A stretch of 64,000 bases of DNA from Salmonella phage vB_SenS-3, in sequence record OR896822.1; one strand, written 5' to 3'. Shown here one piece after another: positions 51,479-60,953 of this stretch (its first letter is position 1; every line of letters starts with the position of its first letter). Position numbers and translations under genes: made by a program. Below the pieces are notes generated by a model that made no database searches, had not been told where the DNA came from, and worked only from the letters and a program-made list of their open reading frames with translations.

Positions 51479-52177
51479 ATGAGAATCATTTCAAAGTTCA
51501 ATGATGTATACGATTTGCAGAATAGTTTATTTGATCCAGATCGTGTCTGGGAGCGTAAAACTGAAGAGCTGCTAGTAAAAGTAACTGACGATGTAGAAAA
51601 GAATATCGTTCATAATCGTCAGGTGTTTCGTGAGGGTTCCTTATCCTTCCGTGGTGACTTCGAATACTCAGTAAATCCACTGTTTATTGCAGGTGAAGTT
51701 TACTGGTTACATGAACTGTCCTGCTGGCATCCAGCATTCAGTTTCAAAACGTTCAACATCGATGCTGTGTTCGATAAAATGGAAGAAATGGGATTACATG
51801 CCCGTTCTTACTTACTAGATAAGAATCGTGGTGATGTTCGTGAAACCATGCGAGATATGTTGGTTGAAGCAAAACCTAAAGCAGAACGTATCTTATCTGA
51901 ACTGCGCGTACCAATTGCATATGTGAAAGGTATTAAGAAGAACGATAACGATGATGTTCGTAACTTCGTAATTCAGACAAACATTCGTTTCCATCAGTCA
52001 GGTATTCCGTGGCAGGAAATTGAAAGTAACTTATACCGTTTACACCAAGTTCTCGAACAGTATATTTTCGGTGTACTAGGAACTGGTGAGCCTGATATGA
52101 TTACCGTATCAGATAAAGACAGGTTAGCAGCACATGGATTTGATACAAAAACTTCTTTCAGGAATATGGCAAGGTAA
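51479..52177 (+). CDS. hypothetical protein
   Basis: 232 aa ORF downstream of promoter. Confidence 0.55.
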   Translation: MRIISKFNDVYDLQNSLFDPDRVWERKTEELLVKVTDDVEKNIVHNRQVFREGSLSFRGDFEYSVNPLFIAGEVYWLHELSCWHPAFSFKTFNIDAVFDKMEEMGLHARSYLLDKNRGDVRETMRDMLVEAKPKAERILSELRVPIAYVKGIKKNDNDDVRNFVIQTNIRFHQSGIPWQEIESNLYRLHQVLEQYIFGVLGTGEPDMITVSDKDRLAAHGFDTKTSFRNMAR

Positions 52178-52583
52178 GTGGTATATCCTGGGAGCTGGTC
52201 TTGCGATAGGTATCGGATTCGGTGCTTATCACTTAGTAAATAAGGTTGAAACTCTAGCTGGGGATCTTGCAGTTGCGGCTAAAAAGATCTCCACTCTAGA
52301 GACTTCCCTTAATAAGGTGAAAACTGAAAGTGAACTTCGGGAGACTCGAATGAACCAGTATTTCACAATGAATAATATTTCGCAAGCAGATCTAGACAAA
52401 AAGATTAAGCAGTTAGATAAAGCTCTTAATCGTCAAGATGTTATCGCTGCAAAGCCTGGATTGGTAACATTAATTGCTAAAAAGCAGAATAAAGAGTTCG
52501 AGGAAAGATTAGCGTGTTTAACTGGAAACTTGGAGTACTGCTCGCAGCCGCAATCACAATCACAGGCTGTGCAGAAGAAATAA
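52134..52583 (+). CDS. putative i-spanin (Rz-like)
   Basis: N-terminal TM helix YILGAGLAIGIGFGAY followed by coiled-coil region; overlaps lipoprotein ORF. Confidence 0.5.
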   Translation: MDLIQKLLSGIWQGKWYILGAGLAIGIGFGAYHLVNKVETLAGDLAVAAKKISTLETSLNKVKTESELRETRMNQYFTMNNISQADLDKKIKQLDKALNRQDVIAAKPGLVTLIAKKQNKEFEERLACLTGNLEYCSQPQSQSQAVQKK

Positions 52584-52867
52584 AACCAGAGCCATCCCAT
52601 GAGTTAAAGCAAGCTCATATCGATTGGCCTAAAGGACTTCAGCCTTGTAGTTTTGATTTCAAATTCGAAAAGAAATTAGCTACAAATGGTGAAGATGGCG
52701 TAGTAGTTGTTGTACCTTACAAAGATTGGAATGCAAAAGCAAAATGCGAGGAAGCAGTTTACTCTTACATTTCACGACTGACCGGTATGGTTTGCTTCTA
52801 TCGTCAGGATTTACAAGAAAAACGTTGCTTAGTTTATTATCCACCCATTACAAATAGGAAAGATTAA
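52514..52867 (+). CDS. putative o-spanin (Rz1-like outer membrane lipoprotein)
   Basis: GTG start with RBS AGGAAAG; lipobox-like LAAAITITGC; overlaps the i-spanin candidate out of frame. Confidence 0.5.
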   Translation: MFNWKLGVLLAAAITITGCAEEIKPEPSHELKQAHIDWPKGLQPCSFDFKFEKKLATNGEDGVVVVVPYKDWNAKAKCEEAVYSYISRLTGMVCFYRQDLQEKRCLVYYPPITNRKD

Positions 52868-53619
52868 TGTCAGTATTAGTCGGTTTACATGGTGAGGCTG
52901 GTGCGGGAAAAGATACTGTTGCAAAATTAATGATTGACTGGTGTAATGACACGTTCCCAACGTGTTTATCCCGTCGTTATAGTTTTGCTAAACCCGTTTA
53001 CGAACTTGCATCCGTAATCCTCGGGGTAACTCCAGAGTTTCTGGGAGAGCGCAGGAGAAAAGAGATTGACCAATGGTTTACGATCACACAATCTCAATTG
53101 GAGCGAGCTAGAGACGTATGGTTTAAGTATGGTATCGATAAGTTTGAGGACTTCTCGTACGTTTGGCCGATTTTTGAAGGAAAATACCTTGATCCTCAGC
53201 AGTTAATTGGGCAAGCTGATGATGCGCTGTATAGCGTGTTTATCTCCCCAAGAAAAATGCTACAGCTTGTAGGTACTGAGTTAGGAAGGCAGCTGGTGCA
53301 TGAACGCATTTGGCTCATAATTCTGGAGCAATCCATCGATAAAGACGACCCAGACGTCGCAATCGTTACCGATGTGCGTTTCCCCAATGAGGGAGAGCTA
53401 ATCATGGAAACCAATACTCTAGATATGGATTCCATGCTTATTAAGGTTGAATCTGGTATTACTAATAAGTATCGCATCGAGACAGATCATCCGTCTGAAA
53501 GCGGTATTCCTGAAAAATACATTTCTCATAAATTTGAGAATACCTTCAACGGACTTGATGCACTTCGTACCGATGTGTACCACTTCTGTGACTTAGAGCT
53601 AGAACCACTAGTTGGATAA
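52867..53619 (+). CDS. P-loop nucleotide kinase, likely deoxynucleoside monophosphate kinase
   Basis: N-terminal Walker A GLHGEAGAGKDT. Confidence 0.65.
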   Translation: MSVLVGLHGEAGAGKDTVAKLMIDWCNDTFPTCLSRRYSFAKPVYELASVILGVTPEFLGERRRKEIDQWFTITQSQLERARDVWFKYGIDKFEDFSYVWPIFEGKYLDPQQLIGQADDALYSVFISPRKMLQLVGTELGRQLVHERIWLIILEQSIDKDDPDVAIVTDVRFPNEGELIMETNTLDMDSMLIKVESGITNKYRIETDHPSESGIPEKYISHKFENTFNGLDALRTDVYHFCDLELEPLVG

Positions 53620-53631
53620 TTAAGGATCACT

Positions 53632-54231
53632 ATGACTAATAAGAAAGAAGAAAAGACTAACTTGTTTCACACTGTTCGCCAATCTAACGAATATACCTTT
53701 TTCTTTGATGAAGAATTAGGCTCACCGGATGAGTATCGTGACCTATCCATGATACTTATGCAGGCTGGTGAAGAAGATGAAATTAATCTGATGATTAATG
53801 GGCCTGGTGGTTACGTTGATACTGCTGCACAACTATCTAACCTAATCGCTAACTGTCGTGGAACGGTTATTGGACACCTGCTCGGTCCTAGTGCTTCTGC
53901 TTACTGTACAATCTTCCTGTCTTGCCACGGTTGGGTTGTACATCCACATGCTACGCTTATGGGACATACGTTCTCTGGCGGATTCTGCGAGAAAGGTCAA
54001 GAAATCAAGAAAGCCTATGAATCCTACAACCAGTTTGTAGAAGATATGATGCTAGATATTTACTTTCCGTTCTTCTCTGTCGACGAAATCGAGGATATGG
54101 TAAAAGAGAATAAGAATATCTATCTCAACAGCAAAGAAATCAATAAGCGTATTGAAATTTTGGCGAATTATCGTAAAGAGCAGTGTAGTAAAGCTCAAGC
54201 CCCGCATCCAGAAGAACATGGAGAAGTGTAA
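53632..54231 (+). CDS. ClpP-like serine protease family protein
   Basis: 199 aa; INLMINGPGGYVDTAAQL, GPSASAYCTIFL and HPHATLMGH segments align with the ClpP Ser/His region. Confidence 0.6.
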   Translation: MTNKKEEKTNLFHTVRQSNEYTFFFDEELGSPDEYRDLSMILMQAGEEDEINLMINGPGGYVDTAAQLSNLIANCRGTVIGHLLGPSASAYCTIFLSCHGWVVHPHATLMGHTFSGGFCEKGQEIKKAYESYNQFVEDMMLDIYFPFFSVDEIEDMVKENKNIYLNSKEINKRIEILANYRKEQCSKAQAPHPEEHGEV

Positions 54232-54239
54232 GTAGTTTT

Positions 54240-54270
54240 AAGCCAGAGTTTAACGACTCTGGCTTTTCTT
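54240..54270 (+). terminator. rho-independent terminator
   Basis: AGCCAGAGT-TTAACG-ACTCTGGCT hairpin followed by TTTTCTTTTG. Confidence 0.6.
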
Positions 54271-54333
54271 TTGCCTAAAATTCTTCTTGACAACGACAAA
54301 AAATTGTGCTCCAGAAGTGATCTTAAAAAACAC

Positions 54334-54362
54334 ATTGTAATTTTACTCTAGAATTAGTATAA
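54334..54362 (+). promoter_or_regulatory. sigma70-type promoter upstream of holin (distinct -35)
   Basis: -35 TTGTAA, 17 bp, -10 TATAAT; lacks the conserved early leader. Confidence 0.45.
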
Positions 54363-54387
54363 TGGTAGTGGTTAGAGGAGGTTACAA

Positions 54388-55044
54388 GTGGAAAAGTTTA
54401 TACAACTATTAACGATACTGCTACAAGAAGCGAAAGATCCAGCTTCGCTACTAAAACGTCTGCTAACTATCTTAGTTGCTGTCATTATTTTCTTGTTTAT
54501 AAGTAACACTAGCGAGGTGATGTCATTTTTAAAGACTTTCTCCACGTCTTCGGTTTTACAGGATGTTCAAACCCAAAGGATAGATAACTTTCCTAATGTA
54601 GCACGAGAAAAGAGTATGGTTCTTTTCTCCCAGACTGGTGCGGATGCCGTTTTTGTAGTAAAGTATAAACCAGATGCTATAAATGATTATTCAAACATTA
54701 TTGCATGGGAAAGCAATGCGCAATTGGATAGGGCTGACTTGGCAGATAAAGCAGTAAACAAGACGTCTGAACTTTATAGACGTCACCTGGAAGGCTTTAA
54801 CTATGCTGCGGATTTAAGTGTAAAAGTAAATAAATATACGGGGTCAAATATACCAGCGTTTAAGAACATTACTTTTAATTACGTCTACACTTGTCCATAT
54901 TTCAACCTAAATAATATCTATGCTGGATACATAGGTATTGCATGGAAGGATAAACCCGTAGATACAGCTGATTCGGAACAATTTAATGAGTACTTAGCAA
55001 AGCTCTGTTCCCCACAACGGAGATCATTAGGTAGATCTATATGA
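54388..55044 (+). CDS. putative holin
   Basis: 218 aa; GTG start with RBS AGAGGAGG; N-terminal TM helix LTILVAVIIFLFI; immediately upstream of and overlapping the endolysin gene. Confidence 0.6.
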   Translation: MEKFIQLLTILLQEAKDPASLLKRLLTILVAVIIFLFISNTSEVMSFLKTFSTSSVLQDVQTQRIDNFPNVAREKSMVLFSQTGADAVFVVKYKPDAINDYSNIIAWESNAQLDRADLADKAVNKTSELYRRHLEGFNYAADLSVKVNKYTGSNIPAFKNITFNYVYTCPYFNLNNIYAGYIGIAWKDKPVDTADSEQFNEYLAKLCSPQRRSLGRSI

Positions 55045-55454
55045 GTTTTAAATTTGGTAAAAATAGCGAAAAACAATTAGCAACTGTTAAGCCCGAGCTA
55101 CAGAAGGTAGCTCGTAGGGCTTTAGAATTATCTCCATATGATTTCACAATCGTACAGGGTATTCGTACAGTAGCACAAAGTGCCCAAAACATTGCTAATG
55201 GTACTTCATTTTTGAAAGACCCTAGCAAAAGTAAGCATGTAACTGGAGACGCTATCGATTTTGCACCATATATTAATGGTAAGATTGATTGGAAAGATCT
55301 GGAAGCATTTTGGGCTGTTAAGAAGGCTTTTGAACAAGCTGGTAAGGAACTTGGTGTCAAACTTCGTTTTGGTGCCGACTGGAATAGTTCTGGTGATTAT
55401 CATGATGAGATCGATCGTGGTACTTACGACGGTGGTCACGTAGAATTAGTCTGA
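55041..55454 (+). CDS. endolysin, L-alanyl-D-glutamate peptidase (peptidase M15 family)
   Basis: 137 aa; zinc-ligand motifs HVTGDAIDF and DGGHVEL; start overlaps holin stop. Confidence 0.85.
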   Translation: MSFKFGKNSEKQLATVKPELQKVARRALELSPYDFTIVQGIRTVAQSAQNIANGTSFLKDPSKSKHVTGDAIDFAPYINGKIDWKDLEAFWAVKKAFEQAGKELGVKLRFGADWNSSGDYHDEIDRGTYDGGHVELV

Positions 55455-55463
55455 TAATAAATC

Positions 55464-55488
55464 AAGGCGGGGTAATTCCCGCCTTTTA
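55464..55488 (+). terminator. rho-independent terminator after endolysin
   Basis: AAGGCGGG-GTAATT-CCCGCCTT hairpin followed by TTAAA. Confidence 0.55.
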
Positions 55489-55529
55489 AAGCAAAGGGGG
55501 CTTTAAAAACTTAATGATAGGAGAAAGCC

Positions 55530-55946
55530 ATGTTTGCAGAACTATTCACCATGATATTACTAGGAATATGGAAAATAAGCCTAGTAGTTTTCATCTTAAT
55601 GATAATTCTCACTGTTGTCGCACTAGTTACCCAAAATGATACATTAAAGAAAGTCGTTCATGGGCTAGAGTATATAATTATGGGCACATTCGGCGTTTGC
55701 AAATGCAACTGCCAGAGGAATACGAAATATTGTTGGCTTTGGATGGAGTTAGAGAACTGCATCACAGTAGCCTTGGCTGTCTCATTCGGTATGATTCTTA
55801 TGGCCCTTACTCTAGCATTGATACCACTAATGTTAGCTGGGGGAGTCACGGCTTATTTCACCCTTTTCTCCCCTATACTTATGTATTCAATATACCCAAT
55901 AACTATGTACTTAGTTAGGAAGAGATTCCCACATCAAGCACACTAA
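55530..55946 (+). CDS. membrane protein
   Basis: 138 aa, multiple hydrophobic helices, Cys cluster CKCNCQ. Confidence 0.5.
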   Translation: MFAELFTMILLGIWKISLVVFILMIILTVVALVTQNDTLKKVVHGLEYIIMGTFGVCKCNCQRNTKYCWLWMELENCITVALAVSFGMILMALTLALIPLMLAGGVTAYFTLFSPILMYSIYPITMYLVRKRFPHQAH

Positions 55947-55959
55947 TATAAAAAAGTAG

Positions 55960-55988
55960 TTGACTTTCCGCTGAAATTTTTATATAAT
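55960..55988 (+). promoter_or_regulatory. sigma70-type early promoter
   Basis: -35 TTGACT, 17 bp, -10 TATAAT. Confidence 0.6.
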
Positions 55989-56021
55989 ATTTGTATAAAT
56001 TGAATCAGAGGAGTTTCACAA

Positions 56022-56432
56022 ATGTCAGATCGTTACTATACTCAGATGGCTAACCATTACAATATGGCTCCGTATGAATTGAACATCGCATTACGTGACC
56101 TAGATTCACCAGAGCGTGCAAAACTTGAGAAAAAGGCGGGAATTCGTATGTCTAGCAAGGGCAAGAAACTTACTCGTATTGACTTAAATACCATGCTAAT
56201 GGAAGAGCTTGGCGTGAATATTGAAGGTCAGAAGTTGCCTCTCAATGTTCTTGAAACGATGCTGGATAAAGTCAAGAAGAAAACCTATAAGAAAGTACAA
56301 GTACCGGAAGGCAGGCTAAAAGCCCCTTATCAAGCTGCTGTATCCGAGTGCTTAGGTGCTACCTTAGATCTTAGCACTGCAACTGTCAAGGTAATGAAAG
56401 GCTTTTTGGAGGCCATTAATAAACATGAGTAA
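56022..56432 (+). CDS. hypothetical protein
   Basis: 136 aa ORF with RBS. Confidence 0.5.
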   Translation: MSDRYYTQMANHYNMAPYELNIALRDLDSPERAKLEKKAGIRMSSKGKKLTRIDLNTMLMEELGVNIEGQKLPLNVLETMLDKVKKKTYKKVQVPEGRLKAPYQAAVSECLGATLDLSTATVKVMKGFLEAINKHE

Positions 56433-56715
56433 ATTAATATATCTATTAAAAGGTTCCACTTGCAACCCATGTAAACTTTTCGAGCCTGTATTCGATAAAG
56501 TAGTACAGGGCTACAGTCTAGAAGTTCATAAAGAGACTGATAATACAGAACTTATGCAGAAGTTCGGTGTTAGACAAGTTCCTGTAGTAGTTCTAGCAGA
56601 TCGTCTACCGAATGGTCGTGTGGAAGCCAACCACATTCTGATTGATCGTCAGCTTCGTAAGGAAACTATGCACGATGCAATCAAAAACTTCCTGGAAGAT
56701 AATCCAGAAGATTAA
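56425..56715 (+). CDS. thioredoxin/glutaredoxin-like (CxxC) protein
   Basis: 96 aa; CNPC redox motif near N-terminus. Confidence 0.55.
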   Translation: MSKLIYLLKGSTCNPCKLFEPVFDKVVQGYSLEVHKETDNTELMQKFGVRQVPVVVLADRLPNGRVEANHILIDRQLRKETMHDAIKNFLEDNPED

Positions 56716-56724
56716 TAAATCCAA

Positions 56725-56752
56725 CCCAGATCTTAGCTGATCTGGGTTTTTC
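56725..56752 (+). terminator. rho-independent terminator
   Basis: CCCAGATC-TTAGCT-GATCTGGG hairpin followed by TTTTTCTTT. Confidence 0.6.
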
Positions 56753-56756
56753 TTTA

Positions 56757-56785
56757 TTTGCTAAACGCTTAAAATTTTGATATAA
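56757..56785 (+). promoter_or_regulatory. sigma70-type early promoter
   Basis: -35 TTGCTA, 17 bp, -10 TATAAT. Confidence 0.6.
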
Positions 56786-56817
56786 TATACCTATAAACTT
56801 GAGAAAGGAACCAGATA

Positions 56818-57681
56818 ATGAAAAAAGAATTTAACCTGCATGAAATGTTAGTAGTACCAGACGATGTTAACCTGTTCTTCGTAGGAGATATTCACGGCTG
56901 TAATGATATGCTGGAAGATGCTCTTAAACTAGCAGGATATAAAGAGAAGCGTGACTATGTTGTCTGTGTTGGCGACTTAATTGACCGTGGCCCGCAGAAC
57001 TTACAGGTTCTAGCCAAATTCTTATATAACCCACGCTTCCGCAGCGTTCGTGGCAACCATGATCAGTTTATGATTGCTGGTGACTACGCCAACTGGATGT
57101 ATAATGGTGGAATGTGGGCAATGAATGATCTAGATACCGATACAATTAAAGGTATCGCAGAAGATATGGCAGTTAAAATGCCAGTATTCATGACTGTACT
57201 CCATCGTGGCAAGAAATATGGTGTTGTTCATGGTGGAATACCATTCCAATATAAAGATGCGGGATTCGATGTACATACACCTAATTGGGATGATATTATT
57301 GATCATATCGCTGCAAGTGAAAATGATCCTAATGATCATCCTAGTTATTACATTGAGCCATATCTATGGGATCGTGATGTAATTCAGGAAATTGGTTTTC
57401 ATCTGTCTAAGCAAGGTGCAGAGCACCCCTATTTCCAGCGTTATGCAGGATTTAAAGATGAATTGACGGTGGAAGTACCAGAAGTTGAAAGTGTGGATTT
57501 CGTATTCCACGGCCACACTGGTGTTCCTTACCCGATTCTATATAAGAACCGTGTTTATCTTGATACTGGCGGTGTTTTCAACGGGCAGTTGACGGTTGCG
57601 CAAGTTAATGATGAAGCCGGTAAAATCATGACATTTACCACAGATAAAAATGATAGCTGTGGTGTACAGAGGATTCTATAA
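56818..57681 (+). CDS. Ser/Thr protein phosphatase (calcineurin-like, lambda PPase type)
   Basis: 287 aa; motifs GDIHG, GDLIDRG, RGNHD. Confidence 0.85.
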   Translation: MKKEFNLHEMLVVPDDVNLFFVGDIHGCNDMLEDALKLAGYKEKRDYVVCVGDLIDRGPQNLQVLAKFLYNPRFRSVRGNHDQFMIAGDYANWMYNGGMWAMNDLDTDTIKGIAEDMAVKMPVFMTVLHRGKKYGVVHGGIPFQYKDAGFDVHTPNWDDIIDHIAASENDPNDHPSYYIEPYLWDRDVIQEIGFHLSKQGAEHPYFQRYAGFKDELTVEVPEVESVDFVFHGHTGVPYPILYKNRVYLDTGGVFNGQLTVAQVNDEAGKIMTFTTDKNDSCGVQRIL

Positions 57682-58049
57682 TGGAACGTGAAGAACGTTA
57701 TGTAGTAATAAAGTTGTCTGATATTGAGAAAGCCCTAGAATTAGGGCATATCACTCAAAGCAACTTTACCACTTTGGAACATATCTTATCCAAACTGTGG
57801 TATAGTCGAGCACAACGTGGAAAAGAGGATCTCAAAACCGTTGTGGTAGAGCATGACTGGCCAGAGTATGAAGAAGTCTGGAAAATGCTAGAGAATCGTG
57901 TTGATTTTGAGCAAGCACGACAAGAAGAACTTGACAAAGGATATCAAGAAGCAAAAGAACATCATGAGATTCATGATGAAATATTCAAACTTCGTGGTAT
58001 TAGTAGTTATTGTCAGGGTTGGAATAAATATGCGGAGGAAGTTCTGTAA
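57681..58049 (+). CDS. hypothetical protein
   Basis: 122 aa acidic ORF. Confidence 0.5.
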   Translation: MEREERYVVIKLSDIEKALELGHITQSNFTTLEHILSKLWYSRAQRGKEDLKTVVVEHDWPEYEEVWKMLENRVDFEQARQEELDKGYQEAKEHHEIHDEIFKLRGISSYCQGWNKYAEEVL

Positions 58050-58567
58050 TGAAAGTTTATTTTTGGAGCGACCTACACTTAGGGCATGTTAATATCCCTA
58101 AGTTTCGAACTATGTTCTCTAGTATGGAAGAGCACGACGAATTTATCATGGATACTATTACGTCTATGAAGGATAAACGTACTGTATTTTTCATTTTAGG
58201 GGACGCATTTGTATCTAGAAAGGGTCTGGAGAAGTTTGAAAAACTATTTAGCAATGTTAGGACTACTTTAGTTCTGGGAAACCACGATTTGGAACGAGAA
58301 GGCTTATCTTTTACAGACTTAGTAGGTGTAGTAGATAATGTGCAGTCTTTAGTTAAATATAAGAACTTCTGGCTTTCTCATGCCCCCGTGCACCCAGGAG
58401 AGTTAAGGGGTAAAAAGAATTTACATGGGCATACTCACTTTGAATTAATGGGAGATCCACGTTACATTAACGTTTGTGTTGAGTATGCAAAGTCGCCTGT
58501 ACGATTAGAAGATATTATGAGTGGTAAGTATACTTCTCATGATAAAACTAGCTGGATGTTGGAATGA
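58049..58567 (+). CDS. metallophosphoesterase
   Basis: 172 aa; motifs SDLHLGH, GNHD, GHTH. Confidence 0.7.
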   Translation: MKVYFWSDLHLGHVNIPKFRTMFSSMEEHDEFIMDTITSMKDKRTVFFILGDAFVSRKGLEKFEKLFSNVRTTLVLGNHDLEREGLSFTDLVGVVDNVQSLVKYKNFWLSHAPVHPGELRGKKNLHGHTHFELMGDPRYINVCVEYAKSPVRLEDIMSGKYTSHDKTSWMLE

Positions 58568-59031
58568 TATGGATACAAATTACAGAATATCCTAACTATG
58601 CTGTATCAGAAGATGGTGAAGTTAAGAATATATCACGAGGTAGACTTTTAACTCCCCATATAGATAGAGATGGATATGTTATTTATACACTATATAACAA
58701 GGGTAAACCTAAAAAGTTAAAAGCCCATAGATTAGTCGCGCAATACCATCTAGATTTACCAGATAACTGGGAAAACCTACCTGTTAATCACAAGGATGGG
58801 GATAAGCAGAATAACCATAAATCTAATGTAGAATGGTCTACTATACTGGAAAATAATAGACATACTAGAATTAATGGGTTAACTACAGATGCGCTTACAG
58901 TAGAACAAGTATGGGAAATTAGAAGTCTGCTTATACAAGGCAGATCTAATACCGAAATTGCCAAAATCTATAAAGTAGATCAGTCTACTATCAGTAATAT
59001 AAAGACAGGAAGAACGTGGAATTATGTTTGA
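58564..59031 (+). CDS. HNH homing endonuclease (NUMOD-like N-terminus, C-terminal HTH)
   Basis: 155 aa; HNH_3-like AHRLVAQYH...VNHKDGDKQNNH..N; C-terminal NTEIAKIYKVDQSTISNI HTH. Confidence 0.7.
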   Translation: MIWIQITEYPNYAVSEDGEVKNISRGRLLTPHIDRDGYVIYTLYNKGKPKKLKAHRLVAQYHLDLPDNWENLPVNHKDGDKQNNHKSNVEWSTILENNRHTRINGLTTDALTVEQVWEIRSLLIQGRSNTEIAKIYKVDQSTISNIKTGRTWNYV

Positions 59032-59133
59032 TTTTGATGGCATGGCTCGTGAGATATTTATAGCAATAGGGATAGTAGTTCTTATCTCTTTCTTTACGGG
59101 CCTAGGCTTAGGCCTTTTATTTTAAAACTTCAT

Positions 59134-59162
59134 TTGCTAAAATGCTTAGTTTTCTGTATAAT
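59134..59162 (+). promoter_or_regulatory. sigma70-type early promoter
   Basis: -35 TTGCTA, 17 bp, -10 TATAAT. Confidence 0.6.
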
Positions 59163-59193
59163 TACTTTATAAATTGATGAGAAGGAATCAAAA

Positions 59194-59625
59194 ATGCAAA
59201 AGATTGATAAAGCACTTTTAATCGCAACAGCAGATAAGTTTGAGCAAGTTAAAACTACTTTTAAGGCAGTCTTTCAGTCCTATGTTCAAGACAAATCGAA
59301 CCCGATTTCTGAGCGTTTGATGATGTGGGAATGTTTTACTTGCAATGCTCTGCTAATTTCCGATTATAGGGGAGAAGTATCTGAGGAATTGCAGGAGATC
59401 TTTATTAATGAAGATACTACACGCTATCAGTTAGTGAACTTCCAGGATCTAGCCGAGCAAGTTATTCCAGATGATCTTTGGGACAAGTATTACGGTGATC
59501 CTGAAGAAGATGGTATGGAACCTGAGAAGTGCATCGAACTGATCTGTAAGGATTATCCTGAAATTGCTGAGAAATTTGAGTTAGTATTTGCTTCGGAGTT
59601 CTCAGGTTTCGTTAACGATTGGTAA
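59194..59625 (+). CDS. hypothetical protein
   Basis: 143 aa acidic ORF. Confidence 0.5.
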   Translation: MQKIDKALLIATADKFEQVKTTFKAVFQSYVQDKSNPISERLMMWECFTCNALLISDYRGEVSEELQEIFINEDTTRYQLVNFQDLAEQVIPDDLWDKYYGDPEEDGMEPEKCIELICKDYPEIAEKFELVFASEFSGFVNDW

Positions 59626-59638
59626 ATAAATAATTTAC

Positions 59639-59667
59639 TTGCTAAATGTCCAGAAATCTTATATAAT
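59639..59667 (+). promoter_or_regulatory. sigma70-type early promoter
   Basis: -35 TTGCTA, 17 bp, -10 TATAAT. Confidence 0.6.
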
Positions 59668-59699
59668 ATATTTATAAATTAATGAGAGAGGAAGTTCAA

Positions 59700-59960
59700 A
59701 TGGAAAACATGACTAAAACTGAAATGGCAAACGTATTGGCTATCCTGCTGGACATGCAAGGGTTTGAAGGTCAGCTCATGAAGATGTCTATTCCGGCAAT
59801 GAAAAAGATGTATGATTCTCTGAACAAGAATGCTATGGCATTCAACCTAGCAAAACAGGAAGCACGTTTTGCGAAAGAGCATCAGGCAACTGCCGAACGT
59901 CGTGCAGCATCTTTTGAGCGTGAAGTTAAGCAACTGAAAGGTAAGAAAAATGGAAGCTAA
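59700..59960 (+). CDS. hypothetical protein
   Basis: start set at ATG after leader RBS GAGAGAGGAAG. Confidence 0.5.
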   Translation: MENMTKTEMANVLAILLDMQGFEGQLMKMSIPAMKKMYDSLNKNAMAFNLAKQEARFAKEHQATAERRAASFEREVKQLKGKKNGS

Positions 59961-60092
59961 ACTAGCTATATTAGTAGTATTAGCTTTCCAAGCAATGGTA
60001 TTAGGATTTATTCATGGTAAAGTGTCCCATTTAGAGAATTCAGTGAAGGAATTAAAAGTAGAAATGTGCAAAAATATCCCAGATAATGAAAA

Positions 60093-60389
60093 ATGCAGGA
60101 GCACTTAATGATTATAGAAATTTTAATTGGATTGCTGGTTCTTACTACTTTAGCAGCAATTGGAGGAATCATTGGCATTCTTAATGCTAGTAAAAATATG
60201 GAAGCAATGAAGGCTACCAACAATGCGCTTTGGGAAAAATATATAGCTGCGGAAAAAGATATCGAGGACACACAAAGACGTTCAGATCTTCTTAAAGAAA
60301 AGCTAAAGAATGTTGAAACTCTTGTTGGTAACACTAAACTTCCTATTAAAGTCCTGCGCGCTCAGGTAATCACGGAGATTAAGAAATGA
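60093..60389 (+). CDS. small membrane protein
   Basis: 98 aa; N-terminal TM helix; opposite-strand ORF 60008..60334 judged spurious. Confidence 0.45.
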   Translation: MQEHLMIIEILIGLLVLTTLAAIGGIIGILNASKNMEAMKATNNALWEKYIAAEKDIEDTQRRSDLLKEKLKNVETLVGNTKLPIKVLRAQVITEIKK

Positions 60390-60631
60390 TGTTAATTATC
60401 TTAGCTTTTTATCTGGTTATTGTTGGTGTTCTGGTTACTAAGTATCACACCTGGACTCCGAAGAACGTTGGTAAAGTAGCACTGTTTGTTCTGCCAGTTC
60501 CTATCATCATCGTTGCAATGCTGTTCACGATGTTGGCCGGTAAAGTGACAAAAACTGACGTTAAACGCATTGTAGACGAACTACAGCAATCTTCTGACAT
60601 GATCGAGGATATTCTGAAAGATGAAGCTTAA
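60386..60631 (+). CDS. small membrane protein
   Basis: 81 aa, two hydrophobic helices; overlaps previous stop. Confidence 0.45.
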   Translation: MMLIILAFYLVIVGVLVTKYHTWTPKNVGKVALFVLPVPIIIVAMLFTMLAGKVTKTDVKRIVDELQQSSDMIEDILKDEA

Positions 60632-60953
60632 TTTTAGTGAATTAACCCTGCTGGACGAGTTTCTAGGTTTTGTTACTGAACGTGGGTTTATTAACGTAGA
60701 CCACCAGACACTAGAAGTCCTTCAATCTATCCAGAATAAAACTAAAACAGATCTGGAAGACTTATGGCGACCGCTTTCTGAGTTAACTCCTCTTAATATG
60801 AAAGTGATTATTAAAAATATTGAAACTGGTGAAGAACGTGAGATGGTTCGTAAAGAACTGGCTAATAGTTATTCTCCAGAGTCCCTAGTGATGCATCATG
60901 ACGATGAACCAGAAACACTTTGGACAGCCCATTATATTTGGCGTCTGCCTTGA
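60621..60953 (+). CDS. hypothetical protein
   Basis: 110 aa ORF. Confidence 0.5.
   Translation: MKLNFSELTLLDEFLGFVTERGFINVDHQTLEVLQSIQNKTKTDLEDLWRPLSELTPLNMKVIIKNIETGEEREMVRKELANSYSPESLVMHHDDEPETLWTAHYIWRLP

Noticed and set aside
19860-59700. Repeated 70-bp elements considered as a possible CRISPR array or MITE-like repeat
   Set aside because: Copies are 0.3-3 kb apart, always upstream of genes, and contain -35/-10 hexamers with 17 bp spacing; these are promoters, not CRISPR repeats
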